Assembly (NCBI GenBank): GCA_937929825.1
Contig: CALFUV010000004.1
Location: 1,042-65,041 of the forward strand
Reading direction: 5' to 3'
Length of the DNA: 64,000 bases
Source: an uncultured Patescibacteria group bacterium
GTDB lineage: Bacteria > Patescibacteriota > Patescibacteriia > Veblenbacterales > UBA10138
Position 1 is the stretch's first letter. Every line of letters begins with the position of its first letter. Below the pieces are notes generated by a model that made no database searches, was not told the DNA's origin, and saw nothing but the letters and a program-made list of their open reading frames with translations. A program made the position numbers and the translations under genes. Of the stretch, positions 19,003 to 29,266 are shown piece after piece.

Positions 19003-19674
19003 TTACTTATCAGCCTCAGCTGGACCTTTTTCCTCAATCTTACCTTTTTCTTCAACTTTAACAGCTTCCACATCTTCTTTTACTTCGGCTTTCAATTCTG
19101 CCAATTCAGATTCACTGCGCGGTTGAGTAACTGTAGCTACAACCTCATCATCATCAAGAGAAACAATTTCTAAACCAGCTGGTAAATCAATTTGTCCGGC
19201 TGTTATAACATCATTAAACTGCTTTAAGCCGGCCAAATCAACCGTAATTTCATGCACTAAATCTTTAGGTAAACACTTAACTTTAACTTCATTAACAGCT
19301 CTAACCAAAATCGCCCCCAGCTCTTTAACCGCTGGCGATTCGCCTACATACTTTAAGGGAATATCTACCTCAAGCTTCTCATCCATTCGTACTTGATGAA
19401 AATCAACATGCTGAATAATGCCAGTTACCGGATGACGTTGTATATCCTGTATTAAAACCTTAACCGGCGGTTGACTATCAATAGATAAATCAAATAAAGT
19501 TGTTTCTCCAACTTGGCGATACACCTTATTAAAAGCTTTCTCGTCAACTGATATAGATTGATTGCTAATACCATGACCATATACCACGCCTGGTATTAAA
19601 CCTTGGTGACGTAAATGTTTAACCTCTTTACCTGAAGCTGTTCGTAAATTAACAGATAATACACTCATATACAA
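19003..19674 (-). CDS. rplY: 50S ribosomal protein L25/Ctc
   Basis: LRHQGLIPGVVYG, IQRHPV..IQHVDF, C-terminal beta domain, acidic tail. Confidence 0.95.
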   Translation of the reverse strand: MYMSVLSVNLRTASGKEVKHLRHQGLIPGVVYGHGISNQSISVDEKAFNKVYRQVGETTLFDLSIDSQPPVKVLIQDIQRHPVTGIIQHVDFHQVRMDEKLEVDIPLKYVGESPAVKELGAILVRAVNEVKVKCLPKDLVHEITVDLAGLKQFNDVITAGQIDLPAGLEIVSLDDDEVVATVTQPRSESELAELKAEVKEDVEAVKVEEKGKIEEKGPAEADK

Positions 19675-19698
19675 CTAATGTAATATCAACTAAAAAAT

Positions 19699-20019
19699 TT
19701 AATTGGTAGGAAATAAGAATTGATGGAAAGAAATAACTTCATCTGTTTTGACTGTCGTTTGATCCTTAAAACGAAGAACGTCATCACTTGTTAAATCTGT
19801 AACCAAACCGATTGAAGTTGGTCCGGCACCTGAAGTAAAAAGTAATGCCACTACCGAGCCACCACAATTAGAGCATTGTATATGCAATAAATGAGCTTCA
19901 TCTTTTTCCTCTAAAACCTTGGCTCGCAAAGGATTATAGTTTGATTCACACAAAGGACAATAAGACAGGAGTTTTAAAACCTCTCCTGATAAATAATGTG
20001 GTTTTTTTCTGGATTGCAT
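19699..20019 (-). CDS. Small Zn-ribbon hypothetical protein
   Basis: CPLC and HIQCSNC pairs, GLVTDL motif; SD GAGGAG. Confidence 0.75.
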   Translation of the reverse strand: MQSRKKPHYLSGEVLKLLSYCPLCESNYNPLRAKVLEEKDEAHLLHIQCSNCGGSVVALLFTSGAGPTSIGLVTDLTSDDVLRFKDQTTVKTDEVISFHQFLFPTN

Positions 20020-20106
20020 AATTCAAACTCCTCTTGTATAATTTATCAATTTAAAACAATATTATTTACTTAAAAATTTAGCACTAATAATTATTTTTGT
20101 CAAATT

Positions 20107-21234
20107 TTATTTATTTCTTATTTCATCTGATGGGGCTTGCCAACCATATTGCTTCACGAAATTTTGTAAAATACCAACTGCTAATAAACTAACTACTAAA
20201 GAAGATCCTCCGTAACTTATAAAAGGCAAGGTAATACCAACCACCGGGGCCAAACCCAAATTCATTCCAATATTAAGCAAGGTTTGCGTTGCCAAAAGAC
20301 TAAAAATACCAATTGTAACCAAAACACCAAAATCATCTCTTAATCTTCTTAATAATCTCCAAATACGGCCAAAAAACCCTATCCACAATGAAATAATTAT
20401 CAAACTGCCAGCTAAGCCTAATTCTTCAGCTAAAGAGGCAAAAACAAAATCCGTGTGCTGTTCTGGTAAAAATTTTAGCTGACTTTGAGTACCAACACCC
20501 AAACCTCTACCCCATAATCCACCTGAACCAATAGCAATAACTGATTGGGTAACATTATAACCACTACCTAAAGGATCTTGTCGAGGATTGAAAAAAATTT
20601 CCAATCTTTGTTTTTGATAATCTTTCAAAAAAAGACTGGTCAGCAAAACAACCAGCAAAACTAAAAAAGTCATGGCCAACCACCAACTAACCGGCTTAGG
20701 TATAACCGCCAGCATAACTGATAAAACAACTACTAACATAAAACCAGAACCAAAATCAGGCTGCATTAAAATAAGGCCCAATAAAGGTAAAAGCAATAAA
20801 AAAGCAATAATTGTTTTTTTAACATCCAAGGGTGCACCCACATGGGACAAATAACTTGCCAAAACAATGATCCAGACTAATTTAACTAATTCCACCGGTT
20901 GAAAACTAACCCCACCCCACTGTAACCAGCCTGTTGTACCACGCAGTGTTTGACCAAAAAATAATACTAATAGCAAAAGTACAAGGGCAGCTACATATAT
21001 TATTTTGGACCATGATCTATATAGGCGATAATCAATTAAAGAAATACCAATCATGCCACAAAAACCTACTGCTACAGCCAAAATTTGTCTGTCAAAAGCT
21101 GCTGAAAGTTCTGGTCTGGTTATGGAACTAGAATAAAGTTCGGCTAAACCAACTAATAATAAAAGAATTGTAAAAACTAATAGTAAAATATCCCAACCTC
21201 GCCATAGAGACAAAAACCTTTGCCACATAATCAT
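20107..21234 (-). CDS. rodA: SEDS peptidoglycan polymerase RodA
   Basis: FQPVELVK, QPDFG, GYNVTQSVIAIGSGG, FLPEQHTDF, LPFISYGGSS. Confidence 0.92.
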   Translation of the reverse strand: MIMWQRFLSLWRGWDILLLVFTILLLLVGLAELYSSSITRPELSAAFDRQILAVAVGFCGMIGISLIDYRLYRSWSKIIYVAALVLLLLVLFFGQTLRGTTGWLQWGGVSFQPVELVKLVWIIVLASYLSHVGAPLDVKKTIIAFLLLLPLLGLILMQPDFGSGFMLVVVLSVMLAVIPKPVSWWLAMTFLVLLVVLLTSLFLKDYQKQRLEIFFNPRQDPLGSGYNVTQSVIAIGSGGLWGRGLGVGTQSQLKFLPEQHTDFVFASLAEELGLAGSLIIISLWIGFFGRIWRLLRRLRDDFGVLVTIGIFSLLATQTLLNIGMNLGLAPVVGITLPFISYGGSSLVVSLLAVGILQNFVKQYGWQAPSDEIRNK

Positions 21235-22058
21235 TTTATTGTTCTGGGATCAAGCACATTAACTTCAGGCTTAATAATTACACTATCAGCTGATATCACC
21301 ATATTTGGCCAATAAAACTCCACTACTCTCTGGCTTTGACTAATAACATTTACTATTGATTTTTGTGCTACTGCCTGAATACTACCGAAACGACTTAAAA
21401 TGGCTGTTAAGTTAACTTGCCAATAACTATCATTATTTTTATTATTCAACTTAAAAGTTAATTTGGTGGCGGTTGGCGAATTGTAATCATTAGGTATTAG
21501 ATGTTCTATTTCCTGTTCGCTAATCTCAAAAGAAGGAATATTTAATTCGGATAAATCTCTTATTCTCTGCCATTCAATTCCATCAAAAGTTACCTCAATT
21601 TTCTGCGGTTTTGTTTGTAAGGGAACTCCTAATTTAATCAAATACTTTTCCTCCATAGGCAGAAAAAAAGCATGCCCTTGAGAATTAACTCCATCAGCTG
21701 TAAAGGTGAATGATAAATTTGTTATAGCCCACTTCATATTTGGATTTTTAACTTCTGCCACCAAATCGTACAAATTCTTGGCAGAAGGTACGGCCGTAGT
21801 TAACTTTATTTCCAAAGGAACAGGCCGGCTAGAACGACGATAATCATCAACATTGATATTTTGGCTTACCAACTGTCTCAGAGCATCTTCTTCAGCTTGT
21901 CGACTGGTTAACCAATCAGTCAGCTGCCATAAGGCATAACCACAAAATGACAAGGCAATAACTCCTATTATTACCACAGCCAGACGATGAAAAGTGGCTC
22001 GGTGAAGAATCCACCAATACCCTAATTTTAATTGTTTATCAGTTAAATTATCAGACAT
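21231..22058 (-). CDS. Membrane-anchored hypothetical protein with beta-rich extracellular domains
   Basis: N-terminal TM; YDLVAEVKNPN; ATGA overlap with rodA. Confidence 0.75.
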   Translation of the reverse strand: MSDNLTDKQLKLGYWWILHRATFHRLAVVIIGVIALSFCGYALWQLTDWLTSRQAEEDALRQLVSQNINVDDYRRSSRPVPLEIKLTTAVPSAKNLYDLVAEVKNPNMKWAITNLSFTFTADGVNSQGHAFFLPMEEKYLIKLGVPLQTKPQKIEVTFDGIEWQRIRDLSELNIPSFEISEQEIEHLIPNDYNSPTATKLTFKLNNKNNDSYWQVNLTAILSRFGSIQAVAQKSIVNVISQSQRVVEFYWPNMVISADSVIIKPEVNVLDPRTIK

Positions 22059-22153
22059 TTATTATTCACTATAACTTTATTCTACCACACTCCTCTCCAC
22101 AACCAATAGTTAAGGTGTTATAATTAATAAAGATTATTAATTACTTATATTCT

Positions 22154-22441
22154 ATGATAGAAACAAGCAAGGATATACTTAATCTTTCTTTGGCAGTTTC
22201 AGTTTTTGGTTTAGCTTTTTTAATTGGGTGGATCTTAGTTTATTTTCTCATAATAATCCGACGAATGGTTAAAATAATGGAAGGGGTTGAACAATCTATG
22301 AATAAAATTGGCAGTTTTGTAGACCTGGCACGGGAAAAACTCAACCATTCAGCTGGCTATCTTTCCATATTAGCCAACGGCATTCGAGATTTGGTCAATT
22401 ATCTTATTTTTAAAAAATCAATTAAAAATAAAAAAAAGTGA
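22154..22441 (+). CDS. Small single-TM coiled-coil protein (DUF948-like)
   Basis: TM helix then amphipathic helix; own -10 TGTTATAAT and terminator. Confidence 0.7.
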   Translation: MIETSKDILNLSLAVSVFGLAFLIGWILVYFLIIIRRMVKIMEGVEQSMNKIGSFVDLAREKLNHSAGYLSILANGIRDLVNYLIFKKSIKNKKK

Positions 22442-22470
22442 ACAATCTATTATTAATTTGATAATCAATT

Positions 22471-22505
22471 TAAAAACCGGATTTATTTGATAAACCCGGT
22501 TTTTA
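22471..22505 (+). terminator. Intrinsic terminator
   Basis: AAAAACCGG...CCGGTTTTT. Confidence 0.65.
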
Positions 22506-22577
22506 AATTATGATACAATTGACTTATATAAGCACACATCCTTCTTCCTTATTATTTCCATTATTAAATTTTATTAA

Positions 22578-25500
22578 ATGGCTTTTACACACCTCCACGT
22601 CCATTCTCACTATTCCCTGCTTGATGGACTACCTAAAATTCCGGATTTAGTGGCTAATGCCAAAAACAAGGGCTTTACCAAACTAGCACTTACTGATCAC
22701 GGCGCGGTTTATGGTTTAATTGAATTTTATAAAGAATGTCGGAATCAAGAAATATTACCGATTTTAGGGGTAGAAACCTACGTTGCCCCACGACGTTTAA
22801 CAGACAAACAAGCTAAAATTGATGACCAATCTTACCATCTGATTCTTTTAGCCAAAGATTTAACTGGTTACAAAAATATCATTAAATTGGTGACTCTAGC
22901 ACATTTACAAGGTTTTTATTACAAACCACGTGTTGATCACCAAGCTTTAGAGATGTACAGCCGTGGTTTAGTGGCTCTCTCCGGTTGCTTGAAAGGAGAA
23001 ATACCACAAGCCATCATGCGAGGTGATGAAGTTCAGGTTAAAAATCTTATTCAATGGTATTCGTCTGTGTTTGGTGAAAATAATTTTTATTTGGAAGTAC
23101 AATCCCATCCGGAACTTGAGGAACAAATCAAGGTTAATCAGGAACTTAGACGCTTAAGCAAAGAATTCAACCTACCGCTAATTGCTACCAATGATAGCCA
23201 TTACTTAGAATCAGAAGATAAAGATGCTCAAGATATACTGGTTTGTATTCAAACCGGTAAAAAAGTAACTGATGAAAAAAGACTTGATATGCGATTAATT
23301 GATACTTCACTTAAAACTGAGGATATTATTAGACAGGAATTAAAAGATTATCCTGATGCTGTTGATCAGGCTGATATTCTAGCCCAACAACTTGCCGTAG
23401 AATTACCTCTTGGACAAAGGTATTTTCCCAGCTTCCCTACGCCACAAGGCGAAACCCCGGAAGCTTATCTCCGACTACAAGCCGAACAAGGATTAGCTAG
23501 ACAATTTCCAGGTGGTGTCAATCAAGAAACGCGTGAACGACTTGAATATGAAATGGATATTATTAATAAAAAAGGCTATGCCAGTTACTTTTTGGTGGTG
23601 GCTGATTTTGTTAACTGGGCTCGTTCTCAAAAAATCATTGCTACCACACGCGGCAGCGCTGCGGGATCTTTGGTTTCTTATCTTATTGGTATTACCACTG
23701 TCAATCCCTTGAAATACCAATTACCTTTTGAAAGATTTTTAAATCCCCATCGACCAAGCCCTCCTGATATTGATATGGACTTTGCCGATAACCGACGTGA
23801 TGAAGTGATTGCCTATGTTACTGCCAAATATGGAGTTGATCGAGTGGCACAAATAGTCACTTTTGGCACCATGGCGGCCAGAGCAGCTGTTCGTGATGTT
23901 GGCCGAGCTCTAGGTCTGCCTTATGGCTTATGTGACAGAGTGGCCAAACTTATACCCTTTGGCAGTCAAGGTTTTCACATGACTATAGAACGGGCTCTAC
24001 GGGAATCACCTGAACTTAAAAATCTTTCCGAAACAGATCCTCAAGTAAAAGAATTACTTTTGTTGGCCCAAAAAGTAGAAGGTTGCGTTAGGCATGCCTC
24101 TATTCATGCCGCCGGGGTAGTAATCTCCCCTACTCCTCTAACTGATTACGTGCCTCTACAATATGATGTTGATGGAAATCATATAATAACCCAATACGAT
24201 ATGTGGTCATGCGAAGATGTTGGTTTAGTAAAAATGGATTTTTTGGGTATCAGAAACCTATCGATTTTAGGCAGCGCCGTTAATATAATTAAAAAAACTA
24301 AACAAATTGAAATTAATCTTGATAACATACCCCTAAATGATAAAAAAACCTACGATCTTATGTCTAAGGGTGAAACTATGGGTATTTTTCAGTTATCTGG
24401 TTCAGGTATGACACGATATTTAAAAGAACTTAAACCTTCTTCCATAACTGACGTAATGGCTATGGTGGCCTTATTCCGTCCCGGTCCTATGGAATCAATA
24501 CCTGAATTTATTAAACGAAAACACAACCCTAAAACTATAAGCTATCTTGATCCAAGACTGAAAGATATTCTCAAAGACTCTTATGGCATCATTACTTATC
24601 AAGATGATGTTTTGATGATCGCTATTAAACTAGCTGGCTATACTTGGGAAGAGGCAGACAAACTCAGAAAAGCCATGGGTAAAAAAATTCCCAGAGAAAT
24701 GGCTCGTCAAAAAGAAAAATTTATCTCCGGTTGTATTGTTAACGGTCTAAGTGAAGATAAGGCTAAAAAATTATGGGAGTTAATTGAACCTTTTGCCGCC
24801 TATGGTTTTAATAAAGCTCATGCCGCTTCTTACGGCATTGTCGCTTATCAAACAGCATATCTTAAGGCTAACTTCACTACAGAATTCATGGCCGCCCTTA
24901 TGACGGCTGAAGCTGGAGATTTGGAAACGGTGGCTCAAGCTGTTAATGAATGCAAGCGCTTCAATATCACAGTTCTACCGCCGGATGTAAATGAAAGTTT
25001 AGCTACTTTTACCGTAGTTAATGATAATTGTATAAGATTCGGCCTCTCGGCAATAAAAAACTTAGGCACACAAGTAGTAGAAACAATCATCACAGAAAGA
25101 AAAACTAATGGGCCCTTTACCTCTTTAGCAAACTTCATGGCCAGAACCTCGGGACGCGAATTTACCAAAAAATCACTGGAAAGCCTTATTAAATGTGGGG
25201 CTTTAGATAGTTTACATACCGAAAGAGAACAATTATTGCAAGCTATGGATCTTCTTTTGAGTTATGCCAAAAAATCCCAACAAGCCAAAGTAGCTCAACA
25301 AACAAGTTTATTTTCAGGATCAGCTGTTATAGAACCAACTTTAAAATTACCAGCTGGCCAACCGGTTGATAAACAAGAAAAATTGTCTTGGGAAAAAGAA
25401 CTATTAGGTTTATATGTTACCGAACACCCCTACTTACAATATTACCAGCAACTATCTGAACTTGTAACTTCAATATCGGAAATTGATCATTTAAAAAATG

Positions 25501-26048
25501 ACTCCTCGGTTTTTGTGGCTGGTATAATAACCTCCATTAAAATTGTTACTACTAAAAAAGGAGAAGAAATGATGTTTATTGGCTTTGAAGACCTGACTGG
25601 TAATTTAGAAATGATTGCTTTTCCTGATACGTTGCGATCAGAGCGCGGCAAATTAACAACTGACTCCATCATATTAGTTAAAGGTAAATTAAGCCGTAAA
25701 AACGGAGATAAAAAAATAATTATTCAATCAGTTCACAAACTAACTTCACCTAGTAACGCTGGCGAAGAAGCAAAAAAATTTTTTAACGGTTTCAGTACCT
25801 CAAATCCTATAAACCCAGACAACAATTTGATTATTTCTTTGCCTGAAAATACTACCACCAAAATAATTAGCCTAACACAGGAAATATTATCTCGTTACCA
25901 GGGCAATACCATCGTAATAATGGAACTAAAACATGCTGGCAAAACAAGAAGAATATCAACCGATTATAGAGTACAACTAAACCCCAATTTAAAAGAAGAA
26001 TTGCGCTCTTTACTCGGACCAAATTGTCTGCCTAACGAACAGGTTTAA
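22578..26048 (+). CDS. dnaE: DNA polymerase III alpha subunit
   Basis: PHP HLHVHSHYSLLDG, RGSAAGS, PDIDMDF, KMDFLG, YGFNKAH, OB fold. Confidence 0.98.
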   Translation: MAFTHLHVHSHYSLLDGLPKIPDLVANAKNKGFTKLALTDHGAVYGLIEFYKECRNQEILPILGVETYVAPRRLTDKQAKIDDQSYHLILLAKDLTGYKNIIKLVTLAHLQGFYYKPRVDHQALEMYSRGLVALSGCLKGEIPQAIMRGDEVQVKNLIQWYSSVFGENNFYLEVQSHPELEEQIKVNQELRRLSKEFNLPLIATNDSHYLESEDKDAQDILVCIQTGKKVTDEKRLDMRLIDTSLKTEDIIRQELKDYPDAVDQADILAQQLAVELPLGQRYFPSFPTPQGETPEAYLRLQAEQGLARQFPGGVNQETRERLEYEMDIINKKGYASYFLVVADFVNWARSQKIIATTRGSAAGSLVSYLIGITTVNPLKYQLPFERFLNPHRPSPPDIDMDFADNRRDEVIAYVTAKYGVDRVAQIVTFGTMAARAAVRDVGRALGLPYGLCDRVAKLIPFGSQGFHMTIERALRESPELKNLSETDPQVKELLLLAQKVEGCVRHASIHAAGVVISPTPLTDYVPLQYDVDGNHIITQYDMWSCEDVGLVKMDFLGIRNLSILGSAVNIIKKTKQIEINLDNIPLNDKKTYDLMSKGETMGIFQLSGSGMTRYLKELKPSSITDVMAMVALFRPGPMESIPEFIKRKHNPKTISYLDPRLKDILKDSYGIITYQDDVLMIAIKLAGYTWEEADKLRKAMGKKIPREMARQKEKFISGCIVNGLSEDKAKKLWELIEPFAAYGFNKAHAASYGIVAYQTAYLKANFTTEFMAALMTAEAGDLETVAQAVNECKRFNITVLPPDVNESLATFTVVNDNCIRFGLSAIKNLGTQVVETIITERKTNGPFTSLANFMARTSGREFTKKSLESLIKCGALDSLHTEREQLLQAMDLLLSYAKKSQQAKVAQQTSLFSGSAVIEPTLKLPAGQPVDKQEKLSWEKELLGLYVTEHPYLQYYQQLSELVTSISEIDHLKNDSSVFVAGIITSIKIVTTKKGEEMMFIGFEDLTGNLEMIAFPDTLRSERGKLTTDSIILVKGKLSRKNGDKKIIIQSVHKLTSPSNAGEEAKKFFNGFSTSNPINPDNNLIISLPENTTTKIISLTQEILSRYQGNTIVIMELKHAGKTRRISTDYRVQLNPNLKEELRSLLGPNCLPNEQV

Positions 26049-26080
26049 AATTTGTTATAATAAATACATCAACTAAATTT

Positions 26081-27226
26081 ATGAACAGAACCTCTTCTCA
26101 TCTATCTGAAAAAAACACCGGCAAACCAATGAAAAAGATTATTATCAGTTTTAGTTTAGCGGTGATTGCTTTAATTGTACTAATTCTTTATTATGCTCTA
26201 GCTAAAGCGGTAATTACCTTGGAAGTAGTGCAGGATAGTATGACTATGGAAACAGTTTTGGAATTAAAACAATATAACGAAGAAGGTGAGGTTACCGGCA
26301 CAATAATGGAAACTGAACTTACCCAAAGTAAGATTTTTCCAGCTAGCCCTTCAGGGGAACTAGAAGAAAAAGCCTCAGGCACTGTTATGCTGGTGAACAC
26401 CAATAATTCACCACAAACACTTATTGCCACTACCCGCCTACTTTCGCCACAAGGAGTCCTTTTCCGTTTAAGCCAAACAGTTACTGTGCCAGCTAATAGC
26501 CAACTACAAAATATAAAAGTGATAGCCGATCAACCAGGTGAAACCAGCGCTATTGCACCGACTCGCTTTACAATTCCGGGGTTAAATCCAACTTTAAGAG
26601 AATTAATATATGCTGAATCAACAGAACCTATGCGACGCTTGCCTAAAGCAGGTTCTACACAAATTACACCCATTGACCTTGATCAAGCCAGAAAAATCTT
26701 GACTGATCTTTTAATCCCGCAAGCGCTGGCTAATCTTCGTGAACAGCTACCAAGTGAAAAAAGAAATTTGAGTGTAGTTTACAAAAGTGAAATTATCAAA
26801 GCTGAATCAGATGTACCGGCTGGCTCAAAAAACAGCCAATTTAATTATACAGTTACTGTCAAAGTAACAGCTGTTTTTTACAATCCCGACGAATTACGTG
26901 AACTGGCTCTGAAAAACCTACAAACTAATTTATCGTCTGGCAGAAAAATTTTGAATCTGGAACCGGAAAGTCTGGCTATCAGTATTGAAGATGTGGCTGG
27001 AGATTTAACCACTGCTTATTTACGGATTAAATTTTTAGCTCAAGTAATTATTACTGATCCTGAACTGGTTTTCCGCATATCTGATTTGCTTGGTCGTACA
27101 CCTGAAGAAGTACAAAACTATTTTAGCGCCTTTCGGGAAGTTAAAAATGTTAAAGTAGAACTTTCACCTTTTTGGGTAAAAAGTGTGCCCACAGTGGAAA
27201 ATCATATTACCTTAAAACTACAATGA
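26081..27226 (+). CDS. Membrane-anchored protein with baseplate-J/gp47-like domain
   Basis: N-terminal TM; KASGTVMLVN, QTLIATTRL, F.L..TVTVPA, ADQPG, FTIPGL. Confidence 0.65.
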   Translation: MNRTSSHLSEKNTGKPMKKIIISFSLAVIALIVLILYYALAKAVITLEVVQDSMTMETVLELKQYNEEGEVTGTIMETELTQSKIFPASPSGELEEKASGTVMLVNTNNSPQTLIATTRLLSPQGVLFRLSQTVTVPANSQLQNIKVIADQPGETSAIAPTRFTIPGLNPTLRELIYAESTEPMRRLPKAGSTQITPIDLDQARKILTDLLIPQALANLREQLPSEKRNLSVVYKSEIIKAESDVPAGSKNSQFNYTVTVKVTAVFYNPDELRELALKNLQTNLSSGRKILNLEPESLAISIEDVAGDLTTAYLRIKFLAQVIITDPELVFRISDLLGRTPEEVQNYFSAFREVKNVKVELSPFWVKSVPTVENHITLKLQ

Positions 27227-27228
27227 TA

Positions 27229-27257
27229 TTGATAAAACAAATAATAAGTGGTATTTT
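27229..27257 (+). promoter_or_regulatory. Sigma70 promoter of the thrS leader
   Basis: TTGATA-N17-TATTTT with an extended -10 TG. Confidence 0.6.
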
Positions 27258-27263
27258 AAATTT

Positions 27264-27444
27264 GTACCTGATTGTGGCGGCAACCAACCGCTAGATCCAA
27301 TATTTTGGATATCCCCATCTTATTAAGGGACTAAAGGTACAAACAATCTGCGAGCGGTCCGATATCTATCGGACAAGTTGGGTGGAACCCTCCGATTTAT
27401 ATCGGAGCCCAAACGTGGTTATCTCGTTTGGGTTATTTTATTTT
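27264..27444 (+). promoter_or_regulatory. T-box riboswitch leader (atypical stem I) with antiterminator/terminator
   Basis: AAGTTGGGTGGAACC T-box at 27375-89; CTCCGAT/ATCGGAG-CCC antiterminator; CCCAAACG/CGTTTGGG terminator plus U tract; lies upstream of thrS. Confidence 0.8.
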
Positions 27445-27476
27445 ATAATTAATCTTAGATTTAATATCTAAAATAT

Positions 27477-29234
27477 ATGCCTTCTTCGCTTGAAGTTAAA
27501 CGCCACTCCTTGGCACATCTATTAGCAGCTGCTGTTTTGGAACTTTACCCTCAAACTAAACGTGCTATTGGTCCAGCTATAGATGATGGGTTTTATTATG
27601 ACTTTGATTTTGGTGATATTAAAATCAGCGAATCCGATTTACCTGAGATTCAAAAAAAAATGCTGGAGTTGTTGCCAAGTTGGCAAAATTTTGAACGTGA
27701 AGAAATATCATCAACAGAGGCACAAAAAATTTTTCGGGACAATCCTTATAAACTTGAACTTATAGAAGAATTGTCTTCTGAAGGTCAAACCTTATCCATC
27801 TATACCAGCGGAACTTTTACTGATCTTTGCCGCGGCGGGCATACTGAAAACATGGCAGAAATTGCTGAAGGATCTTGGCAATTAGATAGAATTGCTGGCG
27901 CTTACTGGCGTGGCAATGAAAAAAATAAAATGCTAACCAGAATCTATGGCTTAGCTTTTGAAACTAAAAAAGAATTAGATAATTATCTCAAACAACGCGC
28001 AGAGGCAGCTAAACGCGACCATCGCAAACTAGGTAAAGAACTTAAACTGTTTACTTTTTCTGATTACGTTGGCCCTGGACTGCCATTATGGCTACCTGCT
28101 GGCGCAGTACTGACTGAGGAATTAGAAAAGCTAGCTAAGGAAACTGAATTCAAAGCTGGTTATAAAATTATCCGCACACCTCATATTGCCAAAGAATTAA
28201 TGTATAAAACTTCCGGCCATCTTCCTTATTATGCGGACAGTATGTTTCCTCCGCTAACTACGGAGGATGAAAATGAAAAAACAGTTTATTATCTTAAAGC
28301 TATGAACTGCCCACATCATCATCAAGTCTACTTAGCTGAACCCAGAAGCTATCGCGACCTACCTCTACGTCTCGCTGAATATGGCACAGTATATCGCTAT
28401 GAAAAATCTGGTGAACTTTTTGGTTTAATGCGCGTGCGTATGCTTTCTATGAATGACGCCCATATTTACTGCACACCGGAACAATTCAGTGCTGAATTTC
28501 AAGCGGTGAATAAAATGTATATTAATTACTTCAAACTTTTTGGCATTACCAAGTATATTATGCGTTTTTCCACCCATGATCCAGCTGAACTTGACAAAAA
28601 ATATGTGAACGAACCAGAAATCTGGCTCCAAACTGAAAATATGGTCAGACAAGTACTTAAAGATAGCAACATAAATTTTGAGGAAGTACCAAACGAAGCC
28701 GCTTTTTACGGGCCTAAAATAGATGTACAGGTTTGGAGCAGTATTGGTCGCGAATTTACACTAGCGACTAATCAGGTCGATTTTGTTCAACCTAAACGCT
28801 TTAACTTAACTTATATAGATAAGGGCGGAGTGGAAAAAACTCCCTTGTGTATTCACCGCGCCCCCTTAAGTACACATGAAAGATTTATAGGTTTCATAAT
28901 TGAGCATTATGCCGGTGCTTTTCCAGTTTGGCTATCACCAATTCAGATTAAATTATTACCAGTTGGCAGTACTCATATTGATTATTGTCAAAAATTAGCC
29001 GGGGAATTAAGAGAAAAAATGATTAGAGTGGAAGTGGACGATGCTAACGAAACTATTGGTAATAAAATCCGTAAAGCAGAAAAAGAGAAAATACCCTACG
29101 CTTTAGTAATTGGTAATAAAGAAATAGAATCTGGTAATTTAGCTATACGCCAACGTGGTAACAAAAAAATTACATTAATTGAAAGAAATAAATTTATAAA
29201 TTCACTATTGGAAGAAATTACCAACAGAAAATAA
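27477..29234 (+). CDS. thrS: Threonine--tRNA ligase (lacks N-terminal TGS domain)
   Basis: RHSLAH, DLCRGGH, GAYWRG, RDHRKLG, MNCPHH, AAFYGPKID, IHRA. Confidence 0.98.
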   Translation: MPSSLEVKRHSLAHLLAAAVLELYPQTKRAIGPAIDDGFYYDFDFGDIKISESDLPEIQKKMLELLPSWQNFEREEISSTEAQKIFRDNPYKLELIEELSSEGQTLSIYTSGTFTDLCRGGHTENMAEIAEGSWQLDRIAGAYWRGNEKNKMLTRIYGLAFETKKELDNYLKQRAEAAKRDHRKLGKELKLFTFSDYVGPGLPLWLPAGAVLTEELEKLAKETEFKAGYKIIRTPHIAKELMYKTSGHLPYYADSMFPPLTTEDENEKTVYYLKAMNCPHHHQVYLAEPRSYRDLPLRLAEYGTVYRYEKSGELFGLMRVRMLSMNDAHIYCTPEQFSAEFQAVNKMYINYFKLFGITKYIMRFSTHDPAELDKKYVNEPEIWLQTENMVRQVLKDSNINFEEVPNEAAFYGPKIDVQVWSSIGREFTLATNQVDFVQPKRFNLTYIDKGGVEKTPLCIHRAPLSTHERFIGFIIEHYAGAFPVWLSPIQIKLLPVGSTHIDYCQKLAGELREKMIRVEVDDANETIGNKIRKAEKEKIPYALVIGNKEIESGNLAIRQRGNKKITLIERNKFINSLLEEITNRK

Positions 29235-29236
29235 AA

Positions 29237-29265
29237 ACTGCCAATTCGTTATTGGCAGTAAAAAA
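29237..29265. terminator. Terminator between thrS and a convergent ORF
   Basis: ACTGCCAAT/ATTGGCAGT inverted repeat. Confidence 0.65.
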
Positions 29266-29266
29266 T

